In this document: piece after piece, positions 9,865-20,017 of the stretch
Layout of the letters: every line of letters starts with the position of its first letter
Numbering within the stretch: position 1 is the stretch's first letter
NCBI GenBank assembly: GCA_963733035.1
Contig: CAVTBU010000005.1
Coordinates: 1,696,001 to 1,760,000 of the forward strand
DNA from: Pirellulales bacterium
GTDB lineage: Bacteria; Planctomycetota; Planctomycetia; Pirellulales; PALSA-1355
Reading direction: 5' to 3'
Length of the DNA: 64,000 nt
Program-made: the position numbers and the translations under genes
The notes under the pieces: generated by a model
Database searches by the model: none
Seen by the model: the letters and a program-made list of their open reading frames with translations, nothing else
Told to the model about the DNA's origin: nothing

Positions 9865-11115
9865 CTACTCGGGATGCACTTCGTCTTCTTGTTTCGGCTG
9901 TTTGTCTTCAGCGTCCGAATGCATCTGGCGGCGTAGCGATTCCAATTGCTTGCTCATCCGCGCCATCTCGCGGCTCATCGCTTCGAGCCGATGTTCCAAG
10001 CCGTGATGCACCTCCTTCCTTACGTCCTCTTCCACCTCTCGTGCTCTGGCAACTTCCTTGCGTACTTTCTCGCGCACTTCCTCGATGACGACTGGACGTG
10101 GCGGGATTCCGGGAGGAAAAGGGACCGCGTGCCGCTTGCCGTCAGGCGCCGATATTGCAAACGGCGTCGGAATGCGACCCAAGAGCCGCTCGGCATGTGG
10201 GCGTAATTCGTCGGGCAAGGCGTCGAGTTTGTCTTCCGTGGTCGTCCAGCTTTCGTCCCCCTTTTTGATCGTGATTTGAGCGGGTTTGCTACCCTCCTTC
10301 TCGATCTTGAAAGTCAGGTCGTCGGGAATTGGCGAGGCGATCTTGAACTTTGTCCCTGGCGGCAGGATGTGGCCGGGCCTCAGAAGCTGCAACCGCATGT
10401 CGACGCCAGCGTCTTTTAGTTTCTGGCGGATCTTCGATTCGAGCCCGCGAATTTCCACTTCGACTTCCTCGGTCGGAACGCGGATGTCGGCCGATACCGA
10501 CGAATCCTGTTTGGGCGTGACGGTGATCACCTGCGACTCACCACTGCGCAACACCTTGACGTGCAGCGGCTTGCCGCCAGACTCGTGAACTGTTTTCATC
10601 AATTCCTTGATTCCTCCGATCGGTTCGTCGTTGACGGCGATGATCAGATCGTACCGCTTGATGCCCGCCTTGGCGGCCGGGCCATCGTTGTCGACACGTT
10701 CGACTAGCACTCCCTTGCCGTCGAGTTTCAGTTGCGCGTCGAGTGCCGGCGGAACCGGCGCAACGCTCATGTCGAGTTGATAGTCAATTTTCAGACTGAT
10801 GATGCCGCTTCGTTCGCCGGCAAGTTTCACGGCCCGGTGGGCCGCCTCGGCCGCTTCATTGGCGACATCTTCGGCGGCGGACTGGGCTTGCTCGGCAATC
10901 TCGGCCGCGGCTTCGGTGGCCCGACGCTGGGCTTCAGCCGCGATTTTTTCGGCTGCTTCCTGGGCGGCTTCGGCGGCCTCACCGGCCGCCTTTTGGATCG
11001 TAACGGTCAACGCCTCTTCGGACTGCGGCTCCTCCGCGGCGAGCGCCGGAGCGACCAGCAACAGGGTGAAAGCAAGCGATCCCATGGGACAGACAAAGCG
11101 AAGCATTCGACGCAT
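9865..11115 (-). CDS. Secreted PDZ-domain protein with coiled-coil segments
   Basis: Signal peptide ending ALA; PDZ GVLVERVDNDGPAAKAGIKRYDLIIAVN; GGAGA RBS before 11115. Confidence 0.8.
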   Translation of the reverse strand: MRRMLRFVCPMGSLAFTLLLVAPALAAEEPQSEEALTVTIQKAAGEAAEAAQEAAEKIAAEAQRRATEAAAEIAEQAQSAAEDVANEAAEAAHRAVKLAGERSGIISLKIDYQLDMSVAPVPPALDAQLKLDGKGVLVERVDNDGPAAKAGIKRYDLIIAVNDEPIGGIKELMKTVHESGGKPLHVKVLRSGESQVITVTPKQDSSVSADIRVPTEEVEVEIRGLESKIRQKLKDAGVDMRLQLLRPGHILPPGTKFKIASPIPDDLTFKIEKEGSKPAQITIKKGDESWTTTEDKLDALPDELRPHAERLLGRIPTPFAISAPDGKRHAVPFPPGIPPRPVVIEEVREKVRKEVARAREVEEDVRKEVHHGLEHRLEAMSREMARMSKQLESLRRQMHSDAEDKQPKQEDEVHPE

Positions 11116-11184
11116 CGGTGGGTCTCCTGGATATGCGTGAAAGGATTTGGCGATCATGACTGCTCAGCGCAAAGCATCGGCCGA

Positions 11185-11922
11185 CTACAGGCGTTCGACT
11201 TCGGGCGCGCGGATATCGACTTCTTCGATCGGCAAGAGCACTCGACGGCCGTCGGGCAATTCCACCGGCCACAGCTGCTGCTGCCGGTTAACCTCGAAGC
11301 CGTCTTGCTCGAATTGTTGGATGAAGGCATTCGAAAACGTCGACGGCTCCTCGGACGCAGCCACGGCGCTGACGGCATCCGATTCCACAATCGGCAACTC
11401 GATCGCCTGGCCGCCGTCGCCGCCAAGTGGTGTCAGGGTGAGCGTTTCGGGCACCGCTGGTTCGTCGGAGGGCGCGTCGTTAGTCGCTAGCGCAGCGTGA
11501 TTCGCAGGGACTTCCGCATGGGTATCCTGTCTCGGCGGCACCTTGCCATGCGGCGCCGCAGCCACCGAAGCGGGTGCGACGTCATTTGCCGGCCGCGCAA
11601 ATGGAAACCGCGTACCGAGAGCAAACGCCACGAGCACGCTGGCCGCCACGGCCACCCACAATGCCCATGGCGTGCGACGTTCGGCCGCGGCCGCGCGGCG
11701 GGGAGCCGTTATCTCAGCGAGAATCGGTTCGCTGGCCACACGCGACAATTGCAGACGCCAACTTTGTGCTTCCAGAAATGCCAACGCGCAACTGCGCCAC
11801 GCCCCCGGCTCATCATCAAATGTCGCCAGCAAGCGCTGGCGCTGTTGAGTGCCAAGCTCACCATCGACCAGACGGTCGAGCACGCGATTGGGGTCGCGAC
11901 CAAATTCTTCGACGATCGTCAT
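11185..11922 (-). CDS. Putative membrane anti-sigma factor
   Basis: LDRLVDGEL...WRSCALAFLEAQ N-domain, one TM (WALWVAVAASVLVAFALG); start overlaps the sigma gene stop (ATGA). Confidence 0.75.
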   Translation of the reverse strand: MTIVEEFGRDPNRVLDRLVDGELGTQQRQRLLATFDDEPGAWRSCALAFLEAQSWRLQLSRVASEPILAEITAPRRAAAAERRTPWALWVAVAASVLVAFALGTRFPFARPANDVAPASVAAAPHGKVPPRQDTHAEVPANHAALATNDAPSDEPAVPETLTLTPLGGDGGQAIELPIVESDAVSAVAASEEPSTFSNAFIQQFEQDGFEVNRQQQLWPVELPDGRRVLLPIEEVDIRAPEVERL

Positions 11923-12452
11923 GGTTCCACTCCCACGCCTTCCAGTGCCGCTAGCTCGCGCCGCAACCGGGCGCGGGCTCGATGCAGGCGGCTTTCGACG
12001 GCGCTTTCGCTTGCGCCCAGATGTTGGGCCAGTTGTTCGTAACTCCAGTTTTCGGTGTATTTCAGCAGCAGGATCTCGGCCTCGCGCCGCGGCAGACGCC
12101 GAATAGCCTGGCGGACCAGGTCCTGCCGTTCGTCGGCCAGCAGCCATTCGAGCGGATCGAGCGTGCGACCGTCGTGCTCGCTCGGCGGCTGGCGCTGGGC
12201 AAAGCCGCGCGTCAGTTTTCGCCAGCGCCCCTGCCGGCGGCGATACAGTAGCGCTTGCGTCACCGCCAGGCGGTACAACCACGGGGCCACCTTCGCCGTG
12301 TCGCTCAGCGGCGCCTGCTGCTTGACTGCCGCCAGGGCAACCTCCTGCATTACTTCGTCCACGGCCGCGCTCTCGCCGACTCGCGCAAGCACCACCGTTC
12401 GCAACCAGCGGTCGTGTTCGATGAGCGTAACTTGCCAGTTCACAGGCGGCAT
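11919..12452 (-). CDS. ECF RNA polymerase sigma-70 factor
   Basis: VDEVMQEV, PWLYRLAV, LPRREAEILLLKY...SYEQLA...VESRLHRAR. Confidence 0.9.
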   Translation of the reverse strand: MPPVNWQVTLIEHDRWLRTVVLARVGESAAVDEVMQEVALAAVKQQAPLSDTAKVAPWLYRLAVTQALLYRRRQGRWRKLTRGFAQRQPPSEHDGRTLDPLEWLLADERQDLVRQAIRRLPRREAEILLLKYTENWSYEQLAQHLGASESAVESRLHRARARLRRELAALEGVGVEP

Positions 12453-12709
12453 CGGTTGGATCCAGCTCGGACGATGCGGTAGTCCTTAGAGGTCCATGTC
12501 TGTACCAGCATTTCGCCGCCGACAACCAATAGTTGCCGCCCGGGCCGGCGTCTTGCGAAAAAAATCCGGCCAAGGCCATTTTTCCCGGCGAAAGCGCCTA
12601 CGGTTGTCCGCGATTATACGGCCGGGGCTGCCCCGTTTTCAGTTGGCCCCCCCTGCCCTAGAATGCGAACTAACCGATTCACGCTCCGAAGCATTCCTGG
12701 ATCCCACCC

Positions 12710-13285
12710 ATGGCCCACAAGCCCCAATGCTGGCTCATGAAGTCCGAGCCAGATTGCTTTTCCATCCAGCACCTGGCTGCCAGCCCCAACCAGACGACGT
12801 TTTGGAGCGGCGTGCGCAATTACCAGGCACGCAACTTCATGAAGGCCATGCAGGTTGGCGACCGCGTCCTGTATTACCACTCGGGCGCGGAACCGCCAGC
12901 CGTGGCCGGTACGGCGATCGTCGTGCGCGAAGCCTATCCCGATCACACCGCGCTCGACCCCCAAGACGACCACTTCGATCCCAAGGCCTCGAAAGAGAAT
13001 CCGATTTGGGAGATGGTGGATATCCGACTCGACGAGATTTTTCCGCAGCCAATTCCCATCGGCACATTGCGGGGCGTGAAAGAACTGGCCGGGATGGAAC
13101 TCTTGAAAAAGGGCTCGCGCCTGTCGGTGCAACCGGTTCGACCGCGTGAGCTCGAAGTCGTGCTCGCGCTTGCGGAAAGCGCCGCGGGCTCAATGCCCAC
13201 GGCCAAGCCTGCGAAGAAAAAATCGTCGACCAAGAAGAACTCGCCCAAATCTGGCGCGAAGAAGAAACCCGTTCGGGCCAGGTAG
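12710..13285 (+). CDS. EVE domain protein with Lys-rich tail
   Basis: WLMKSEP, WSGVRNYQARNF, GDRVLYYHS, RLSVQPV. Confidence 0.92.
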   Translation: MAHKPQCWLMKSEPDCFSIQHLAASPNQTTFWSGVRNYQARNFMKAMQVGDRVLYYHSGAEPPAVAGTAIVVREAYPDHTALDPQDDHFDPKASKENPIWEMVDIRLDEIFPQPIPIGTLRGVKELAGMELLKKGSRLSVQPVRPRELEVVLALAESAAGSMPTAKPAKKKSSTKKNSPKSGAKKKPVRAR

Positions 13286-13306
13286 TCCGCTCCGGCGCAT
13301 GAATTC

Positions 13307-14503
13307 ATGACCTCACCGCGTAACGATGCACTCGACTGGATCGACCAGGAACTCGCGGATCTCGCACAAAACGGGTTATTGCGCGAGCTGTCGACGCACG
13401 CGGGGGCCCAGCAGGTACGTCTAAAAATCGATGGCCGCGAGTTCGTCAACTTCGGATCGAACGACTACCTGGGTCTGGCCGCCGATTCGCGACTGGCGGC
13501 CGCGGCGATCGCAGCATCGCGCCGCGAAGGGACCGGCGCGGGCTCCAGCCCATTGGTTACCGGACACGCAGCCGCCCACCAGAAACTCGAGGCGGCCTTG
13601 GCTGCGTTTGAAGGGACCGAGCGGGCACTCGTCTTTGCCAGTGGATATGCGGCCAACATGGGCGCCATTTCGGCACTGGCCGGCAGCGGCGATGCGGTCT
13701 ATTCCGATCAAAAGAACCACGCCAGCATGATCGACGGTTGTCGCTTGTCGCGAGCCGACGTGCACATTTATCCGCATCGCGACGCGAATGCCCTGGCGGC
13801 ACAGTTGGCTCGCTCGGGCGTCTATCGTCGCCGTTTGATCGTCACCGAAAGCGTCTACAGCATGGACGGCGATTTGGCTCCGCTCGAAGAATTGGCAGAC
13901 CTGGCCGAGCGTTTCCACTGCATGTTGCTGGTCGATGAAGCCCATGCCACGGGGGTGTTCGGCGCCAACGGACGAGGACTGGCTGAGCAATTGGGTGTCG
14001 AAGAGCGCATTCACATCCGTATCGGAACCCTCAGCAAGGCCCTGGGCGCCGCTGGAGGATTCGTATGTGGCAGCGCATGGCTTGTGGAGTGGCTGATCAA
14101 TCGAGCCAGGCCCTATATTTTTTCCACGGCGCTGCCACCTGCCACTTGCGCTGCTGCTGAGGCCGCCCTGCGTTTGGTTGCCGAAGGCGCGGTCGATCGC
14201 GAGATGCTGCTGCAACGCGCCGAGATGCTACGGCGGCAGCTACGCAAACATGGTTGGGACGTCGGAAAAAGCGGCAGCCAGATTGTTCCGGTTTTTGTTG
14301 GCGAGGCGGAACGGGCCACGGAGTTATCGGGCCAATTGCGCGATGCCGGTTTATTGGTGCCGGCCATTCGGCCCCCCTCGGTGGCGAACGGCGAGGCGCT
14401 GCTCAGAATTAGCCTGACGGTCGACCATGCTCAGGAGTCGATTGACCGGCTCGCGGCCGCCCTGGGGGCGACAAAAGCCGCCGTCGCCTCGGCATCAAGG
14501 TAG
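13307..14503 (+). CDS. bioF: 8-amino-7-oxononanoate synthase
   Basis: SNDYLGL, NHASMIDG, ESVYSMDGD, DEAHATG, TLSKALG (PLP lysine), AIRPPSV. Confidence 0.92.
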   Translation: MTSPRNDALDWIDQELADLAQNGLLRELSTHAGAQQVRLKIDGREFVNFGSNDYLGLAADSRLAAAAIAASRREGTGAGSSPLVTGHAAAHQKLEAALAAFEGTERALVFASGYAANMGAISALAGSGDAVYSDQKNHASMIDGCRLSRADVHIYPHRDANALAAQLARSGVYRRRLIVTESVYSMDGDLAPLEELADLAERFHCMLLVDEAHATGVFGANGRGLAEQLGVEERIHIRIGTLSKALGAAGGFVCGSAWLVEWLINRARPYIFSTALPPATCAAAEAALRLVAEGAVDREMLLQRAEMLRRQLRKHGWDVGKSGSQIVPVFVGEAERATELSGQLRDAGLLVPAIRPPSVANGEALLRISLTVDHAQESIDRLAAALGATKAAVASASR

Positions 14504-14607
14504 GCGGCTGGCGAACCCTCGGACGTCACCGTGGCGGGGTCCGATTGTGGGGATTACTCTGAGCGCAAAGTCTTTGCCCGGGAGCGGTTTAGGCCCGTTG
14601 AGAAAGC

Positions 14608-14636
14608 TTGACACCCGCGGCGGGGGCATCTAGTAT
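14608..14636 (+). promoter_or_regulatory. Sigma70-type promoter
   Basis: TTGACA-17 nt-TAGTAT about 100 nt upstream of the 14733 ORF. Confidence 0.65.
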
Positions 14637-14732
14637 CGATATTTACCCCACAGTGCCTCAATTCGCACGTTGCGGCGCCGTCGGCCCTTCGGCTTTCTCG
14701 TTTGATTTTGCTCCCACTCGCGAAGCGGCGAT

Positions 14733-15962
14733 ATGGCATACGTTCTGTTAGGCATCCTGGTGCTGGGCCTGGTGGCCTCCATCTACATTGCCTTCATGAG
14801 CTCCAGGACCTGGCCGATCTATCAGGCCGTGCTCGTGGTCTTTGTGTTCATCGCGGCGCTGGCGTTTTTCTATTTGGGCGCTCGCACGCTGGCCACCCAC
14901 AAGGCCTGGCGCGAGCTGTACGAAAGGAATCAACAGCAGGCCACCAACCTGGAAAAGCAATTGTTGCCGCTCGTCGGTGGGATCGATCCGCAAGGCACGG
15001 GCGTAACCGGTGAAATACCCACGCTGAAAAACGATCTGGCACTGGCCGTCGCTGCGCGTGGCGGCGGCGTGTACTACAGCGTCAAGGCCGATGCCTGGCA
15101 AGACGGTGTCTTGCAGGTGACGCTCAGCCCGCCGGGAACTCTGCCACCGTTGCCGGCCGCGGCGACCGGAGAACCGGGCGCCCCGGGCGCTGAGGGGCAA
15201 CCTGCCGAAGAACTTCCTGTCGAGCAACCCCCTGCCGAAGCACCGGCGGCCGAAGGTGCCGAAGGCGCGGGCGCCGAAGCGAAGAAAATTGTCCACGGGC
15301 TGGTGGCCGACACGATCCTGTTCGTCTTCGATCAGAAGCCGCTGAAGGAGGGTGGAACCTACTTGGGGGAATTCAAAGTCGTCGAAGCCGCACCCGATAG
15401 TCCCAGCGCGAAGTTGACGCCCAATCTGCCGCTCACCGATGCCCAGGCGAAGCGGATGGAAACGATCGCGCCCGGCCTGCTCGTAATGTATACGACGATG
15501 CCGCCCGACGATGCGTCGCTGTTTGCCAAGATGGAACCAGCAGCCCGCCAGGCGCTGCTGCCGCCCCAGACCGCCGAGGAATATGCCCAAGCCGATCGCC
15601 CGCTGCGCGACTACCACGCGTTCTTCCACGAGAACTACGTGCAACGCGGGTTGCTGTCGGACGCGATTTCGCAAACCAACAGCAACATCCAGCGCGTCGA
15701 GGCGGCCGCCGCCGAAACCACCAAGGAAGCCGGTTACCGCGAAGCCGAACAAGGAAAGCTCGCCGGCGATCTCGAGAAATTCCAGGCCGAGGTCAAAGCC
15801 ATCGCCGCTTACGAGCAATCGCTCAAGAAGGTGTTGGGCCAGGTGCGAGACCAGTTGAAGGCCACCTACATCGAGAATCGCAATGCAGCGGAAACGCTCA
15901 CGCGCGAACAGCTCAAGGCCGCCGAGGAAATCAACCGCCGAACCAACGTGGCCGCCAGCTAG
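14733..15962 (+). CDS. Hypothetical protein, two N-terminal TM helices and C-terminal coiled coil
   Basis: 409-aa ORF with genome-typical codon use and an upstream promoter. Confidence 0.75.
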   Translation: MAYVLLGILVLGLVASIYIAFMSSRTWPIYQAVLVVFVFIAALAFFYLGARTLATHKAWRELYERNQQQATNLEKQLLPLVGGIDPQGTGVTGEIPTLKNDLALAVAARGGGVYYSVKADAWQDGVLQVTLSPPGTLPPLPAAATGEPGAPGAEGQPAEELPVEQPPAEAPAAEGAEGAGAEAKKIVHGLVADTILFVFDQKPLKEGGTYLGEFKVVEAAPDSPSAKLTPNLPLTDAQAKRMETIAPGLLVMYTTMPPDDASLFAKMEPAARQALLPPQTAEEYAQADRPLRDYHAFFHENYVQRGLLSDAISQTNSNIQRVEAAAAETTKEAGYREAEQGKLAGDLEKFQAEVKAIAAYEQSLKKVLGQVRDQLKATYIENRNAAETLTREQLKAAEEINRRTNVAAS

Positions 15963-16237
15963 CCTCTTCGGCTCTCTTGGACGTGGTTGGCGGCTGGAAT
16001 CCGTGGCTCCAGCTATTTTTGGCGGCAAATCACGACCTGGCTGCACTTTCCGCTGACCCGCGCGTGCGATATCCTTCCTTAGCAGTGGATTGAGATTGCC
16101 GGCTCCCAGGCCTGGGCCAAAACAGCGCGATTCGAGCACGTCGTCGGCCAGCGGGGACAACTGCGCGATCCCTTTCGCATCCAACGTCAGCCACCGACCT
16201 GTCCCCGCGAGAGCGGCCCACGTTTGCGAGCGACTTC

Positions 16238-17086
16238 ATGGGCATCTACGATCGAGCCTACCTGCAAGAGGAAGAGCACAGCGGCGCCTGGTCGCCCGGC
16301 CGTTCGATGGTGACCAATCTGATCATCGTCAACGTGGTGATCTGGCTGTCCGGAGCCGTTTTTGAAGCGCAACTCGTGGAGTGGATGGCGCTGAAGAGCA
16401 ACCTCTTCACGCATCCCTGGCAAGCCTGGCAACTCGTAACGTATGGTTTTGCCCACGCCGGGGCGGCACATCTCCTGTTCAACATGCTAGGGCTATTCTT
16501 TTTCGGCCGCGAACTCGAGGGCATCTACGGTCGCTACGAATTCCTGCGAATCTACCTGGTGGCGATCGTGCTGGCCGGCTTGGTGTGGGTCGCCATGACT
16601 GCCAGCCAAATGGGCATGGCGGAACTCGTGGGCGCCTCGGGCGGGGTGATGGCAATCGTGTTTCTGTGGGTGCTGCATTTCCCCACGCGGCTCGTCTACA
16701 TCTGGGGCGTGCTGCCGGTGCCTGGTTGGGCATTGGGTACGTTTTTTGTCGTGGGCGATCTGCTCGGTCTGGTCAGTCAAGGGGGAGGGGGCGGGCCGCA
16801 GGTGGCCAACATCGCGCATCTGGCGGGCGTCGGCTTTGCCTGGATTTACTATCGCACCAAGATGAACCTCGGGCGTTTCGTACCCCGTCGGCTCGGCGAC
16901 CTGAAGCCGCGGCTGAATCGCCCCAAACTGCGAATTCACGATCCGGAGACCGAATCGCGGAACTTGAGTCGCGAGGTTGATGCCATTCTGGAAAAGATCA
17001 GCCGCGAAGGGGAAGACAGCTTGACCAAGAAGGAGCGGCGCACGCTCGAAGAAGCAAGCCGCCGCTATCAACGCCGCCGCAGCTAG
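16238..17086 (+). CDS. Rhomboid intramembrane serine protease
   Basis: HLLFNM, catalytic GASG and AHLAG; C-terminal VDAILEKISREGEDSLT extension. Confidence 0.92.
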   Translation: MGIYDRAYLQEEEHSGAWSPGRSMVTNLIIVNVVIWLSGAVFEAQLVEWMALKSNLFTHPWQAWQLVTYGFAHAGAAHLLFNMLGLFFFGRELEGIYGRYEFLRIYLVAIVLAGLVWVAMTASQMGMAELVGASGGVMAIVFLWVLHFPTRLVYIWGVLPVPGWALGTFFVVGDLLGLVSQGGGGGPQVANIAHLAGVGFAWIYYRTKMNLGRFVPRRLGDLKPRLNRPKLRIHDPETESRNLSREVDAILEKISREGEDSLTKKERRTLEEASRRYQRRRS

Positions 17087-17387
17087 AGGCCCTCGCGACC
17101 TCGGTGGCGCCGGGGCGACAACATAGACTTGGTAATTCGGGCGAAGGGGCCACCCCCGGCGAGACCTCGCGATCGGGTCGGTTTTTCGTTACGAGAAATT
17201 GCGCCGTGCGGCCGGCCCGCCGCTGGCCAATATGCCATACTTGCTGGGCAGGGTTTTGCTCGTCCAGGGAGGCCTCTCGGCGGGAAAATTCGCGTCGCAA
17301 GGCGGTTGGGGACTTGACGTTTGCCAGGGTGCTGTCATAGGCTGCCCAGCAGCGGGGCGGGTGACGCTGCCGGGGTCCCAAATGACC

Positions 17388-17415
17388 TTGTCCAGTCAAG
17401 GTGTGCCCCTATAAT
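17388..17415 (+). promoter_or_regulatory. Sigma70-type promoter for tRNA-Gly/tig
   Basis: TTGTCC-16 nt-TATAAT ending 56 nt before the tRNA. Confidence 0.55.
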
Positions 17416-17471
17416 CCGTTGTCCCCAAGCTTGTCGACCGGATCCCTGCTTGCGGGTGGTGGACCGTGCAA

Positions 17472-17544
17472 GCGGGTGTAGCTCAGTTGGTAGAGCACGA
17501 CGTTGCCAACGTCGTTGTCGTGGGTTCGAATCCCATCACCCGCT
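17472..17544 (+). tRNA. tRNA-Gly (GCC)
   Basis: Acceptor stem GCGGGTG/CACCCGC, D arm GCTC/GAGC, anticodon arm CGACG-TTGCCAA-CGTCG, T loop TTCGAAT; CCA not encoded. Confidence 0.97.
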
Positions 17545-17710
17545 CTTTTGCTTGCCCGAGCAGCGTGCACCCTGGATTTTGCCGGCTCGACGCATGTCGA
17601 GTTCGCGAGTGAGTACGGACAGTAGCCAATAGCAGGGCCGGACTTACAAACGTCCGCCAAATCGAACCAATCGGCGTGCAATCGCCAACCGAACCCATCA
17701 GAAGCGACCC

Positions 17711-19201
17711 ATGATGTCTGCCCCCGAGAACCCAGCCGTGGCCGAGGAAGCCGCGGAAAGTGAAGATCAGAAGCTGAACCTCAGCATCAAGGTCGACAGT
17801 CCGTCGGCTTGTGAGCGGCACGTCACCGTGACAATTCCGCGCGAGGATATTGATCGCTACTACGACAAGTCGTTCAGCGAACTAATGGGCACGGCCACGG
17901 TCCCCGGCTTTCGCGCCGGCCGCGCTCCGCGCAAACTGATTGAGTCGCGCTTCAAGAAGGAAGTGGCCGATCAGGTCAAAAGCTCGCTGCTCATGGACAG
18001 CATGACGCAGATCACCGAGGACGAAAAATTCTCGGCGATCAGCGAGCCGGATTTCGATCCACTGGCGGTCGAGCTTCCCGACGACGGTCCGATGACGTTT
18101 GAATTCAACATCGAGGTCCGCCCCGAATTCGACTTGCCGGAGTGGAGGGGGCTGAAGGTCGAGCGTCCGGTGCGCGAGTTCGAGGCGAAAGACATCGACA
18201 AGCGGCTCGAACAGATCCTGGCACGTCACGGACGCCTGGTTCCGCACAAAGGTGCCGCCGAGAGCGGTGACTACATTAGCTGCAACCTGACGTTCAAGAA
18301 CGGCGCGGTCGAGCTGTCGAGCGCGAAGGAGGAAGTCATCCGGCTGCGTCCGGTACTGAGCTTCCGCGACGGCAAGATCGAGGACTTCGACAAGCTCATG
18401 AAAGGAGTCAAGGCCGGCGAAACTCGCGAGGCCGCGGCCAAGATCTCCGGCGATGCCCCCAACGAATCGCTGCGAAACCAAGAGATCACGGCGGTCTTCG
18501 AGGTGCTGGAAGTCAAAAAGCTCGACCTGCCCAAGCTCGACGCCAATCTGCTTGAGGAGATGGGCGGCTTTGCCAACGAGGGCGAGTTGCGGGATGCGAT
18601 CGCCGAGGACCTCAAGCGCCAACTCGAGTATCACCAGCAACAGGAGGCCCGGCGGCAAATCACCGCTTCGCTAACCGAGAGTGCCGACTGGCAGTTGCCC
18701 CCCGATTTGCTCCGACGTCAGGCGCGTCGCGAGTTGGAACGAGCCGTGCTCGAATTGCGCCGCAACGGGTTCAGTGACCAGGAAATCAGGGCCTACGAGA
18801 ACGACCTGCGGCAAAACAGCCTGACTTCCACGGCCAAGGCCCTCAAGGAACACTTTATCCTGGAGCGGATTGCGGAGGACCAGAACATCGAGGCCGAGCC
18901 GGACGATTACGATCAGGAAGTCAAATTGATCGCCGTGCAAAGCGGCGAGAGCGTTCGCCGTGTGCGGGCGCGCCTCGACAAGGGTGGCCTGATGGACGCA
19001 CTGCGAAACCAGATCATCGAACGCAAGGTGATCGAACTGGTGCTGTCGGAGGCCAAATTCAAGGATGTGAAGTACAAACCCGAAGGCGTCGACACCGAGG
19101 CAATCGAACAGACCGCCGGTGGCGAAGACGAACCGGAAATTCCCGAGGCCAAGAGCCCCGGCGAGGCCGAGCCGTTGCGCGCGGCGAAGGAACACGACTA
19201 G
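17711..19201 (+). CDS. tig: Trigger factor
   Basis: Ribosome-binding motif VPGFRAGRAP, EVRPEF, FKBP-like middle domain; upstream of clpP. Confidence 0.95.
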   Translation: MMSAPENPAVAEEAAESEDQKLNLSIKVDSPSACERHVTVTIPREDIDRYYDKSFSELMGTATVPGFRAGRAPRKLIESRFKKEVADQVKSSLLMDSMTQITEDEKFSAISEPDFDPLAVELPDDGPMTFEFNIEVRPEFDLPEWRGLKVERPVREFEAKDIDKRLEQILARHGRLVPHKGAAESGDYISCNLTFKNGAVELSSAKEEVIRLRPVLSFRDGKIEDFDKLMKGVKAGETREAAAKISGDAPNESLRNQEITAVFEVLEVKKLDLPKLDANLLEEMGGFANEGELRDAIAEDLKRQLEYHQQQEARRQITASLTESADWQLPPDLLRRQARRELERAVLELRRNGFSDQEIRAYENDLRQNSLTSTAKALKEHFILERIAEDQNIEAEPDDYDQEVKLIAVQSGESVRRVRARLDKGGLMDALRNQIIERKVIELVLSEAKFKDVKYKPEGVDTEAIEQTAGGEDEPEIPEAKSPGEAEPLRAAKEHD

Positions 19202-19376
19202 TCATAGGGAGCCAACGAGTTGGGACCGCACGGAAGCGAAGCTGGCCCGACTCAGCCCGGCCCGAGGCGCGGCGGCGCAAGCCAGACCTCGAAGTACGAC
19301 GGGCAATGATACGATCGCTTTCCGACCGCGCCGGCGAATCGCGCCGGACGCGCGGCGAACATAAGGATACGCACAC

Positions 19377-19970
19377 ATGTCTTATCGCGACTACCAGCGC
19401 CAGCGGCAGATGACGCTTGGCGACTTGCTGCTGGAAAACCGCATCATTCTGTTGCAGGGCGAAATTCACGACGGGAATGCCAACGAAATCGTGATGAAAC
19501 TGTTGTACCTGCAAAGCGAAAATCGCCGTAAGCCAATCCATTTTTACATCAACTCGCCAGGCGGCAGCGTCACCGCCACGCTGGCGATCTACGACACGAT
19601 GCAGATCTGCAGCTGCGATGTGGCGACTTACTGCGTCGGCCTTGCCGCGAGCGGCGGCGCGGTGCTGTTGGCTGGCGGAGCCAAAGGTAAACGTTTCGCC
19701 CTGCCGCACGCCAAGGTCATGATTCACCAGCCTTACGGCCAGGTGGGCGGCCAGGTTTCCGACATCGAGATTCAGGCCGACGAGATCGTCAAGACGCGCG
19801 AAGTACTCAACAAAGTGCTGGCCAATCATACCGGACAGCCTCTCGAGCGAATCGCCAAGGACACCGACCGTGACTACTACATGAACTCGGAGGAGGCCAA
19901 AGCCTACGGCATCGTGGATGACATCCTCACCCGAGCTCCGGCGACCGCCGCCGACGAAGACAAAGACTAA
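19377..19970 (+). CDS. clpP: ATP-dependent Clp protease proteolytic subunit
   Basis: [14 protein letters not shown] (catalytic Ser), MIHQP (His), DTDRD (Asp). Confidence 0.95.
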   Translation: MSYRDYQRQRQMTLGDLLLENRIILLQGEIHDGNANEIVMKLLYLQSENRRKPIHFYINSPGGSVTATLAIYDTMQICSCDVATYCVGLAASGGAVLLAGGAKGKRFALPHAKVMIHQPYGQVGGQVSDIEIQADEIVKTREVLNKVLANHTGQPLERIAKDTDRDYYMNSEEAKAYGIVDDILTRAPATAADEDKD

Positions 19971-20017
19971 CACCCAGCTCTGCACCGCGCCCCACGGCGC
20001 GGAGGAGAATCCTGATC

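Noticed and set aside
11185..12579. 464-aa fused ORF spanning the sigma and anti-sigma genes
   Set aside because: The N-terminal half is an alternative frame over the sigma gene; the real start is the ATG at 11922 coupled to the sigma stop
17472..17710. tRNA-Gly as an integration site of a genomic island
   Set aside because: Followed directly by tig-clpP; I saw no duplicated tRNA 3' end or integrase
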